Below are positions 25,608 to 36,400 of a stretch of DNA of 64,000 nucleotides, in pieces (positions within the stretch are counted from its first letter, which is position 1; the number at the start of each line of letters is the position of its first letter). Where the stretch lies: the NCBI GenBank assembly GCA_013265495.1, contig MU058636.1, forward strand, positions 3,149,967 through 3,213,966, written 5' to 3'. Below the pieces are notes generated by a model. That model did no database searches. It worked only from the letters and a program-made list of their open reading frames with translations, and was not told where the DNA came from. Source of the DNA: Vicugna vicugna (Eukaryota). The position numbers and the translations under genes were made by a program.

Positions 25608-26684
25608 CTTTCTTTTTAAAGCTCCTCTGATGGGTCTACTGGTGAAGGGTGCCGCCTTGCCAGGGCCCTGTCTTGGAAATGGTGATGGGAAAGGAGGTGT
25701 CGCTGCCTCATTCAGAGCTGGGAACAGTGCAGCATTTCACATGTCAGACTCCCACCGTCAGCAGGACTCGGCTTAAGTTATTTATAGTGCCAATGGCTTG
25801 CCTTTTGCATTAATGTAACCATTTGCATTTAACGAATTTGTAAGATAGGAGCCGCTCAGAGCCAAGCTGGAGACTCCTTTCTGTTCTCACCATGAGGACT
25901 GAATGAAACCGAACGGGTATTTTTATTTATCAGACCCAGCTGCCCCCACGCCAACCCCGATTACATCTGAGATACACCGATCTCCCCGCCTCCGCTGAGG
26001 ACCAGCTCATCCTTCTTGCTCTAAATGACCAGATCCAGCGACGGCGCTGTGCAGAAGCCGGTCACCCAGGCCTGGCGCTGCTCGGACGGCTGTGACCCCG
26101 AGGCCCCTCCAGTCCCAGCTGTGCTGAATGCACGCTCACGCAGCATGACACGGAGTGTGCACACCTACAGCCGCTCTCTCGCCCCAGTGAGAATGGGGTC
26201 TGCAGGGTCCAATACAACTTGGCCACAATTCTGTTCTCCCAAGGACCCACTGGAGCCGCCCGCCCCAGGCTCTGCCTCACCGCTTCAGCCTCTCCCCTGG
26301 CTGGGGATGAGCCATGCAGAGGTGCTTGCGGGAGCCTTCCGTCCGCCTGCACGGGTAGCTCAACCCTGTCGGGAGATGCTCTGAGGACCTGCGGGCTGGG
26401 AGAGCCTCTGGCTGCAGCCCGGCTTCCCCGGGGGCGGCGAGTGCCTCAGGCCCTTTTGAGGAAACTCCCCATCACCAAGTTCTTAAATGGCCTATAAAAG
26501 GAAGATTCTTGGTATCTGAGGGAAAATTGGGTGCCTCGGGCAAATTATTCCAAGTGCCCTGCCAAGCGCTACCAGCTTTTATGTTATTCTATTCTCCTTA
26601 GTTGTTTTCAGTTGTCCCGATTGCACTTTAAGGACAGAGAATTTTGAGTTACTCAGTCTCCTCTGTCCTTGTCACCCACAGCCG

Positions 26685-26880
26685 TGGCAGGTTCAAATCC
26701 TGGTTCCACCACGTGGTGGCCATGTGGCCTGGGCAGTGCGCTCAGCCTGTCTGTTAACTAGGGATGAAAATGATACCCATCACCAGAGCCTGTCCTGAGG
26801 ATAAACTGAGTAATTACGTGTGGGACACTGAGAGCTGTGGCTGTGCGTAGTCGATACTAGGTACGTGTTCCCTACACTGT
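26685..26880 (+). mobile_element. MIR SINE
   Basis: ggttcaaatcctggttccaccac...tgtcctgaggataaactgagtaattacgtg. Confidence 0.7.
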
Positions 26881-26893
26881 TATTACTACTGTG

Positions 26894-27036
26894 TTTTTTA
26901 TGTATGTTTGGGGGTTTTGGGGGGGAGGTGATTGGGTTTATTTATTTTATTTATTTCTTAGTGGAGGTACTGGGGATTGAACCCAGGACCTCGTGCATGC
27001 TAAGCACGGGCTCTACTACTGAGCTACACCCTCCCC
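26894..27036 (-). mobile_element. tRNA-Ala-derived camelid-type SINE (Vic-1-like)
   Basis: Reverse complement ggggagggtgtagctcagtagtagagcccgtgcttagcatgcacgaggtcctgggttcaatccccagtacctcc has A and B boxes, followed by an (AAAT)n and C/A-rich tail. Confidence 0.9.
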
Positions 27037-27329
27037 ACTTATTAGTATTACTGTTTATCTGACTTTCCCCCCTTCTTCCCTGACCTCCTCTTGCCTTTCC
27101 CTCTCCGAGAGACCAGTCTGAAGTGTTTGATATATGACCTGTTATCCTTGTAGACAGGCTTCTCAAAGTCAGAATTAATTCCAGGCCACAAGACACAGCT
27201 AACACCCCACAAGTGCTGTGTGAATGATGACCAGCTACGGTGATCACCGTACTCCGGGCTAACAATGCCATTTGCCCATAAAAATAAGTTCTTTTTAGGC
27301 AGATAATTTTTACTAACGGTGTGTGAGTC

Positions 27330-27695
27330 TGGATTCTTAGTTGCACGCAATAGGAATGGATCCTGGCTGAAAAGCTTTCAGAATGGCCAGTGTGTGGTGG
27401 GCATGGGGAGGTGTTCCCTTAATCCATGCGGTCTCACAAGGACCTAACTGGAAAAGAGGCTCTGTCATCTTCAGCTTCGGGCTTCTAAGGCTGCCTGGGC
27501 CATAAGCATCCAGAAAATGGAAAGAGAAAGTGAAAAAGAGGGAATTGTGAAGGGGCGATCTCATTGGCCAGGCCTGGAAGTGGCTCCAAGCCATTGGCTG
27601 GAATTCAGTCACATGGCTGACTACAAGGGAGGCTGGGAATATATTCAGGGAGAAGAGGAAATAGGTTTAGTGATTAGCTAGTAGTCTCTGCTACA
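27330..27695 (-). mobile_element. Old MLT1 (J/K-like) fragments
   Basis: ggattcttagttgcacgcaatagga and ccattggctggaattcagtcacatggctgactacaagggaggctgggaat...agtctctgctaca. Confidence 0.6.
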
Positions 27696-27782
27696 GAAAA
27701 CAACCATGTGGTCTTTTCAGTTACCAAAAACCAGGCTCTTTCTGTTTCCTGGACCTATATGGGAAGGAATTCTGTAGACTTA

Positions 27783-28925
27783 TAAAGGAGGCTTCAGATG
27801 CTCAGCAGTCAAAAAAGATGACAAGCAGCCGATACAGACCCTACAAAAGAGGCTCGGGGTCTCTCTTGAGGTTACAGATGAGATGTTGGTTGGGGCTGCG
27901 GTCTCCTCTGAAGACTTGACTGGGGCTGAAATGTCTCCTTGACAGGTGATGGGGGTGGGTGTTGTTTGAATTCCTCAGATAGTTTTTCTGAGTGTTCCTC
28001 CATCCTCTGAGATGAGATCAATGGTTAGTGGTGTGACTTAATCACCCAGTGGCTTGGAAAATCAACTGACAGTAAAACCTTGCATGCAGCTGCCACAAAG
28101 TGACCCAGGATTTGCAGTGATAGACACGCTGGGCTATCAGCATTAGATTCCCCTCCTTCAGGCTTAAATCCACGTGCCCACCCACAAGGAGTGAATAGGA
28201 GGACTCAGGCCTATGGATGCCATTGCTTTATCCTTAGAAAACAGTCCCTAAAAAGGCTTGATGACTACAGACTGGACACATGTCTCTGTACGTGGCTGTG
28301 AGGTTTCTTGATTCAAGTGACAACATGAGTGGTTTCATTGTCACCTAGGAGCAGGCCTAGGGGTGATTTATTTGGGGTTTTGTTGTTGATGTTATTGTTG
28401 TTTTACTTTTTTAATTGAAGTATAGTTGATTTACAATGTTGTGTTAGTTTCTGGTGTACAGCATAGTGATTCCGTTATATGCATATATTTTCATTATAGG
28501 TAATTACAAGCTATTGAATAGGGCTCCCTGTGCTGTACAGTAGGACCTTGTTGTTTTATCTATTTTGTGTATGGTAGTTTGTATCTGCTCATCCCAAGCT
28601 CCCAATTTATCCTTGCCCCCTCCCTTTCCCCTTTGGTAACCGTAAGTTAGTTTTCTACGTCTGTGAGTCTGTCTCTGTTTTGTAAATAAGTTCATTTGTA
28701 TCATATTTTAGATTCCATGTGTAAGTGATATCATATGACCTTTGTCTTTATCTGACTTACTTCCAGTATCTTCATAGTAAACCAACCTTCTGCTTTTCTG
28801 TTCTGGAAACCAAGTCCCACTGACAAGACATAGAACTTCTCTATCTCCTCACTCCTTCCTCCTGGACAGCTGCTTTGCAGCCAAACAAATGTTCACATAT
28901 CATCGTCATAGTTTAAATTAAGCCC
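27783..28925 (+). repeat. Copy 1 of a 1143-bp direct duplication flanking an N gap
   Basis: Reads identically to 28984-30126 (offset 1201); identical ORFs at 28504-28704 and 29705-29905. Confidence 0.97.
28405..28762 (-). mobile_element. L1 3' end (repeated at 29606-29963)
   Basis: ttttttaattgaagtatagttgatttacaatgttgtgttagtttctggtgtacagc...tttgtaaataagttcatttgtatc. Confidence 0.92.
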
Positions 28926-28983
28926 NNNNNNNNNNNNNNNNNNNNNNNNNNNNNNNNNNNNNNNNNNNNNNNNNNNNNNNNNN
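28926..28983. other. Assembly gap (58 N)
   Basis: Run of N. Confidence 1.
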
Positions 28984-30126
28984 TAAAGGAGGCTTCAGAT
29001 GCTCAGCAGTCAAAAAAGATGACAAGCAGCCGATACAGACCCTACAAAAGAGGCTCGGGGTCTCTCTTGAGGTTACAGATGAGATGTTGGTTGGGGCTGC
29101 GGTCTCCTCTGAAGACTTGACTGGGGCTGAAATGTCTCCTTGACAGGTGATGGGGGTGGGTGTTGTTTGAATTCCTCAGATAGTTTTTCTGAGTGTTCCT
29201 CCATCCTCTGAGATGAGATCAATGGTTAGTGGTGTGACTTAATCACCCAGTGGCTTGGAAAATCAACTGACAGTAAAACCTTGCATGCAGCTGCCACAAA
29301 GTGACCCAGGATTTGCAGTGATAGACACGCTGGGCTATCAGCATTAGATTCCCCTCCTTCAGGCTTAAATCCACGTGCCCACCCACAAGGAGTGAATAGG
29401 AGGACTCAGGCCTATGGATGCCATTGCTTTATCCTTAGAAAACAGTCCCTAAAAAGGCTTGATGACTACAGACTGGACACATGTCTCTGTACGTGGCTGT
29501 GAGGTTTCTTGATTCAAGTGACAACATGAGTGGTTTCATTGTCACCTAGGAGCAGGCCTAGGGGTGATTTATTTGGGGTTTTGTTGTTGATGTTATTGTT
29601 GTTTTACTTTTTTAATTGAAGTATAGTTGATTTACAATGTTGTGTTAGTTTCTGGTGTACAGCATAGTGATTCCGTTATATGCATATATTTTCATTATAG
29701 GTAATTACAAGCTATTGAATAGGGCTCCCTGTGCTGTACAGTAGGACCTTGTTGTTTTATCTATTTTGTGTATGGTAGTTTGTATCTGCTCATCCCAAGC
29801 TCCCAATTTATCCTTGCCCCCTCCCTTTCCCCTTTGGTAACCGTAAGTTAGTTTTCTACGTCTGTGAGTCTGTCTCTGTTTTGTAAATAAGTTCATTTGT
29901 ATCATATTTTAGATTCCATGTGTAAGTGATATCATATGACCTTTGTCTTTATCTGACTTACTTCCAGTATCTTCATAGTAAACCAACCTTCTGCTTTTCT
30001 GTTCTGGAAACCAAGTCCCACTGACAAGACATAGAACTTCTCTATCTCCTCACTCCTTCCTCCTGGACAGCTGCTTTGCAGCCAAACAAATGTTCACATA
30101 TCATCGTCATAGTTTAAATTAAGCCC
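28984..30126 (+). repeat. Copy 2 of the 1143-bp direct duplication
   Basis: Starts taaaggaggcttcag directly after the gap and ends aagccc, as does copy 1. Confidence 0.97.
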
Positions 30127-30529
30127 GTGGGATAAAAAAAAAAAGTTGTCAGAAGCCCCAAAATCAAGCCTTGGAAGAGTTTCTAATACTAAACTCACAC
30201 ACGTGCCAACCCAGCCATGCATGGTCTGTGTGCGATCCAAGTGACTCCAAATAGGCATGAATATTTTTGGGGTTTTTTTTGTATTTTGGCTCAATTCTGG
30301 TTTTCAGTTGGCCAGTGGTTTCAGTTCTCCATATCTGTGCTCCAAAGGAGGAACAAAAGAGTTGCTTCAAAGGGAGCTTTCAAATCCATACTATGAAAAC
30401 ACTACATTTCTTTCAAGGCTGTGTTTGAACAGATTTCTATTATGAGCATCCTTGCACACACACAAATACATTCATCCGGCCAGTTGCTTTTCAGCAAAAC
30501 TATAACAGAGATGATACTCATTTGCATTT

Positions 30530-30828
30530 GTCCACATCTTGTGGTCCCGCCCCTCCCCAGCTAGGCTGGTACCATGTGGCCAGTGCTGGCCAATGAAATG
30601 CAAGCAGAAGCCACTCCTTTCATTCCCGGCTGAGGTAGTTAAGAACCAGTGTGACCCTCCATGTCTCCTTTTCTTGCTCCAGGGACCTCCATCTCCCTCA
30701 CCTTCTGCAGAGAGTGTAGCTGCAAGATGGAGAAGGGCCACCTGACCCACGTCAGACTGTGAGTGAGATGCAAGCCTGAGATTTGGAGACGTGGTGACTG
30801 CAGCGGCATCAGTAGCTTGAACTAATGG
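30530..30828 (+). mobile_element. MLT1J-like LTR
   Basis: ccatgtggccagtgctggccaatgaaatgcaagcagaag...aagcctgagatttggagacgtggtgactgcagc. Confidence 0.7.
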
Positions 30829-31462
30829 AGGATCAGTTTTCAGACTGACTTCACATTCATTCAAAGTAAATCGTTCACTTTCAGCCCATCTCATGTTCTT
30901 AGAGGTAGGTCACTGGTGTCATGCATTATCCCCAGCTCATTTCTCAAGCTTGTACGGAGCCCCTAATGTGGGCCGGGCACGTCTGGACCTGGGGCTAGGA
31001 GATGAGTAACTCCCCCCCACATCCTTCCTAAAGGACCGTATGGTCTCTTGAGGCAAGATGGACGCATAGCCAACGAGCACTCGTGGGCACCTCTGTCCAG
31101 ATGGTGTGAGCAAAGTAATGCTCTCTGGGGAACTGTCTCAAGGCTGTCGTAGGTGCTGACAGGCGATATGGGAACGGAAGCATGTACTTTCTTTGATCAG
31201 ACTTAATCGGACAGATGCTCCATTGAATGGCATTCCATCAGGCTGCTGATTCTTTAATTCTCCCTCTATTCAGCACACAGTGACCCAGCCCCAGCCCATG
31301 TGTGAGAGCGACCCCACGCCCTGGGGAGAAGGTAAACATACGACAATGAAACACACACACAGCGAAGTGCTCATTCTCTCAGGTTATAAAAAAGATTAAA
31401 GCATGCTTGAGGGCTCATTTTGTCCTCACTAGGCTGTTTTTTAAGTTTTTAAATAAAACATC

Positions 31463-31908
31463 CATATTAGTTTGCTTGAGCTGCCATAACAAAGTACCAA
31501 AACTGGGTGGCTTAAACAATGGAAACTGGTAGTCCCACAGTTCTGGAGGCCTGAGAGCCAAGGTCAAGGTGCGGATCCTTCTCAGGCTGTTGGGGGAGAA
31601 TCTGCTCAGGCCGCTCTCCTAGCTCCTGGTGATTTGCTGAAGCCTTTGCTGTTCCTTGGATGCTTCACCCTGGTCTCTGTCTTCATCTTCACATGATGGT
31701 CTCCCTGTGTGTGTGCCTGACTCTGCCCAGATTTCTCCTTTTTATGAGGACATCAGTCACATTGGATTAAAGGTCACCCTACTCCAGTATGATCTCATCT
31801 TAACTTGATCATCTACAAAAACCCTATTTCCAAATAAGGTCACATCCATAGGTCCTGGGAGCGGTTAGGACTTCAATGTCTTTAGGGGATACAATTCAGC
31901 CCATAAAA
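31463..31908 (-). mobile_element. MLT1C-like LTR
   Basis: tattagtttgcttgagctgccataacaaagtacc...cacagttctggaggc...ccaaataaggtcacat...ggggatacaattcagcccataa. Confidence 0.92.
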
Positions 31909-33569
31909 ACACCCAGCGCTGGCAAGGCCGGGGTAAAACTGGTCTGCTTATACAGAGATGTTTCTGGCAGTAACAACAGCTATAAAATGTTAGGGGAGCA
32001 ATATGGTAACTGGTACTGCATGGTAATAAGGTCACAGTAGGATGACGTGCACCAGTAACCATCCAGATGACTGTCCTTCGGTCCACAGATCTCACTCCCA
32101 GGAATGTATCTTGTATCTGCTGGGCGGGTCAGATCTGGGTGTCACCCTTCCCTGGGCCGTGCAGAAGTGAACAGAAAGTATTTAAAGCAATAGCTTACAA
32201 ATTTTTTTCTAGATCCAAGTCATTTTAATTATACTTCAATGTATTTATATATTATAGTCACTGTTTATATTCCTCAGGTCCCTGAACGTTCAGCTCCTAC
32301 TGCTGTTAGAACTTTGATGGGCAAGTTTGAAAAGATCTATCTTCAGGAAATAATCCAATATAAGCTGAGACCGCCAGGTACAAAGACGACTGTGGCGGCA
32401 TAATTGCTTTTCCCAAACCAGAAACAAAGAGACATTATCTGTTCAGCTAATAGTTACCGAGCCCCTTCTATCATAGGGCATTCTGCTAGGGGCTGGGGAA
32501 GCAGTGGTAAAAAAAATCATTCTAGTCCCTATTTGCAAAGAGCCTACAGTCCCAATTTGGTGAATGTTTTTAATGAATTATATTCTTAACATGTTTGCAT
32601 AACATGCAGGCATTAAATGGTAATTAAGAAAGATGCAAATACCACTTAAAATTCATCACACTTAATTTAGAATGGCACCTACACTAAGCTACAACAATTT
32701 GAAATACACAAGCATGTTGACTTTTGTCTGTTTTGTTCACTTCTGTGTGCCTGGCACACGGTCCGTGCCCTCTCGGAACTTGTTGAACTGAATGAACGCA
32801 CTGAGGGCCGGAAAGTTAGATGCAAAACCAAAAAATAAAGAACCAAGAAAAACAAAAACAAAAAACCAAGAAAGACCATTGTTGTACTTGGGCAATGGAA
32901 TCATGACTATGTTTTCCAAAATTTCCTTTTACACATTTGTTACTATCATTTGTTGAAAAATAAGTTAATAAATTAAAAAAAGAGAGTCCTAGATGCCTTT
33001 AGAACTCCTCTGTCAAGGAAATGGAAATCTTAAAGATATTAAAAATGAAAGAACGTGGAGTCTGGGACGTCCCCAGGGCTGAGACGCTGGGAGCCTTGAT
33101 TGTTCTTGTCTGGTCTTCCATCATCCCCAGGGCTGAGGCACTAGACAAGTCGGAGGCTGCTACAAAGGTCCGAAGGAGACACGATGAGGTTCCAAACTAA
33201 GAAAGTGAGGGGCGTGGCGAGGAGGATCTGATTGGAGAGAATCTCTGACCTTCGATGCCGGATTCTCCCCTCCAGCTTCCCTAATGTTGCACTGGCTCTG
33301 TCCGCCTTCTCTCCCTGCTTTTCTGGGGAAATGTTCTCCTACACTTGGGGACTTCCAGATACATTTAGAAAAGCTTATTTGGACAAAGTTCTGGTATGGT
33401 CAGTTGAGACAGGAAGACAAAATTTCTGCCTGTTCTGGCAAAATTGTCTATGCAAACAAAACCCAAAATGAACTCTTAAGATTAATCCAATGGGCCCTTG
33501 CAAGTTCCTTGGCTGATCCGGCTTGACAGTTCACTCCCTCTCATTCCCCACAACATACACATAAACAAT

Positions 33570-34328
33570 CCACCCCCAAATTTTACAGATTCTACCTAAA
33601 ATGTCTCAAATCCTTCCACTCTCTCCATGCTATAGCCACCATCTGAGTCCAAGACCTCAGAAACTCTTGCCTGGATTCCTGCAACACCCCCTACTGGTCT
33701 CATTGCTTCTACCCTTGGCTTCCCTGATCCATTCTCTGCACAGTAACCAAAGAGATCTTTGTAAAAACACACAACTCAGATCATGTCACTTCTGCTTCAA
33801 GTCACCTTCAGTGGCGCCAATTTCATTTAGGATACGATACTGAATCCTTAACATGGACTGCAAGGCTCCCCAAAGGCCGTCTCTCCAGCCCTCCTCCTGG
33901 TTGGACCCTCACTCACTTCACGGGCCACGTTAGCCTTCTTTCAAGCGCTCAAATGAGTCAAGCTCTTTCATGCCTCAGGGCCTTTGCACATGCGGTTCTT
34001 TCTGCCTGGAATGTCCTCTCCACTCTCTGCCTAATTAACAGATACTCATTTTTCAACTCTCAGCTGAAAATCATCTTCTTTGAAGGGTCTTTTCTAATCT
34101 CTTCATGCAGGTTAGAAACCCCTGCCATTTCTCAGTACTTTCTGTTTATACAATTATCTAAATACATAAGTTTCTTGGTCATTGGTTTAATATCTGTCTC
34201 TCCTATTAACCTATAACTTCTACGAGGGGCAAGATCATGTGTTTTGCTCTGTGTTGTATACGCACCGAGTGCCTAGCAAGGCACCTGGTTCATGGGGAGC
34301 CCTCAACATATATCTCCTGAATGAATGA
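33570..34328 (+). mobile_element. L2 3' ~750 bp
   Basis: ccattctctgcacagtaaccaaagagatctttg...gcctcagggcctttgcacatgcggttctttctgcctggaatg...cctgaatgaatga. Confidence 0.9.
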
Positions 34329-34659
34329 CTCAGTGAGCCAACCCAGATATCAGTGAAATCACAAGAAATAGTCCTTGGTTATGCCCTCAAACTGTTGGCT
34401 CCAAATTTATTCACAAGTTACCTAATGAAGAGTAACTGAAACACATAATAATTCTTTCTCTAACATGGAGGACGTACTCCGAGGACAAACTTCTTGGTTT
34501 GACAGTTTATTTCCAGAAGTAGAAATAGAGCAGGCAATCAGACGTGGCCTGGGGTGCCAGATGAGGGATTGTCTTGGAAACATCATTAAATACTTTATAA
34601 ATTAGGCAATTTCAGGCTGTGAGGGGTAAAGACATAGTCAGTTTGTTTCAGCAGATGGA

Positions 34660-34995
34660 AGTCTATCAGTTAGAACTCTTAATATTGTATGTGACAGAGG
34701 ACCCATCTCAAACTGCCTTAAACAACAGAGAGGATTTATTGGTCTCATAATGAAAAAGTCTAGAAGACAAGGCTGTCTTTCGTTGGGAGCGGCTGGATGC
34801 TGGGGCCTAGTAACATCACCAGGGCCCACCTCCTCTCTGCTTCTGACCTGCTCTCCACGTGAGATGAGGCTTTGTCCTGAGGTTGCACACCGTCACCTAT
34901 GTTTGCATCTCATGAACATGGAAGGGCTGTGGCTATCCAGACCCCACGTCCCTACACCCCTTAAACTAGAGAAGAGTATGCCTTTCTTCTAGAAG
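34660..34995 (-). mobile_element. MLT1K-like LTR fragment
   Basis: tcagttagaactc...gtgacagaggacccatctcaaactgccttaaacaacagagaggatttattggtctcataatgaaaaagtc. Confidence 0.65.
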
Positions 34996-35149
34996 CTTCT
35001 ATAGAACCCAACAGATCAGCAGAATCGCATGACAAGCTGACTCCTAACATCCCAGCACCTCCCCCCACAAATTTAGTATATCTGGCGGGTAGCCTGAGAA
35101 TCTACAATTTGTGAACTTTTTTTTTACAGAAACTGTAAAGGAGAAAGCA

Positions 35150-36400
35150 AAATTGTTCCGTAATTCCATCATCCAGAAGACACTTACCAAAGTTTTTCAG
35201 GAAAAGTAATCAATGCACGAAGTAAGAACATCAAACAGTATAGAATGAAGTGCTAAAACCCCTCTTTCCGGCCCCTCCCCCAAAGGTGTCACCGTTGTCA
35301 CTTTCTCGTATACTTCCCGTTAAGAGAAGAAGGCACGCATTCACCAAAATACACAGTGTAGCATTTGAAAACTTTTATGGAAAAGGGATCATACTATTTA
35401 CACCCTGCTGCTTCTTGCTTTTTCTCACTACGCAGTGTAACTCAGTGACTGTGCCATCTCAGCAAATAGAGTTCCTCTTAAATGTTTTTCAGTGATGCGA
35501 GAACGTTACCCTAGTTTATTTAGCCAGTTCTCTGCTGATGGACATTTAGGCTGCTTGTGACACGAACAAGGGTGCAGGGGACTTCCTTCTTCAACAATCT
35601 TGACCTTCTCTTGTGGGTGACTGCACAGAGCCAGCTCCCAACAGTGGGATCACTGGGTCAAAAGTTATCCTCCGGCGAGGTTCACTGGTCCAGTCCCTGT
35701 AATCATTTGAAACTTCACCGCTGCTGCCTTTAATTACACGTGGGTGCATACGATGATGCTGGAGGCGGGGGTTCTGGGAATCTGCATTGTTCCAAGCCCA
35801 TTTGGTGATCTGGAGCTCACCCAAGTGTGGGGACCATGGCTCCACCATGCCTCCCGGGTGCCACCAAAGTCGCATTCGTTGTCACTGCTTTTGACCTCTT
35901 GTCTCCTTCCTCTCACCAGCGCTAGGCATTGTGAAACTTTATAAATTCTGTCAATCAGATTCATAAAGAATGGTCTTGCACTGTTCTGATCCACACCTCC
36001 TTACTTGCGAGTAAGGCTGAACGACTCTTTCTACACATATTGGTCTTTGGGTTTTCCTTTTCTTGCTCTGCCAGTTCGGATCCTCTGCCCAGCAGTTAGC
36101 AGGTTGTTTGTAGGACGTACAAGAACTCTTTGCAAGTGAAAGAAGTTAGTGCTTGTTCATCTGTGTTCCAAATTTTTTCCCCTTGTTTATTATTTCTTCT
36201 GACCTATTCACAGGTCTGTTGGCTTTGTTTTTTTTTTTTTTTTTTNNNNNNNNNNNNNNNNNNNNNNNNNNNNNNNNNNNTTTTTTTTTTTTTTTCGCCA
36301 TAAAGAAGATTTTGTTTTTCTCTTTTCTAATGTGGTCAAACTTTAAAATTGTTTGGCTTTATGGTTTCTGGAGGAATCTATTTTTAAAAACTCCCCAGGT
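35150..36400 (-). mobile_element. Old L1 (L1ME-like) fragments
   Basis: tttatttagccagttctctgctgatggacatttaggctg, gtgggatcactgggtcaaa and cctctcaccagcgctaggcattg are antisense L1 ORF2 remnants. Confidence 0.7.
36246..36280. other. Assembly gap (35 N) inside a poly(T) tract
   Basis: N run flanked by T homopolymers. Confidence 1.

Noticed and set aside
26965..27036. tRNA-Ala gene
   Set aside because: The tRNA-like head runs straight into a SINE tail and its stems are degenerate; it is a SINE.
28504..29905. Two identical 66-aa ORFs suggesting a duplicated gene
   Set aside because: They are translations of an L1 3'UTR inside the gap-flanking duplication.
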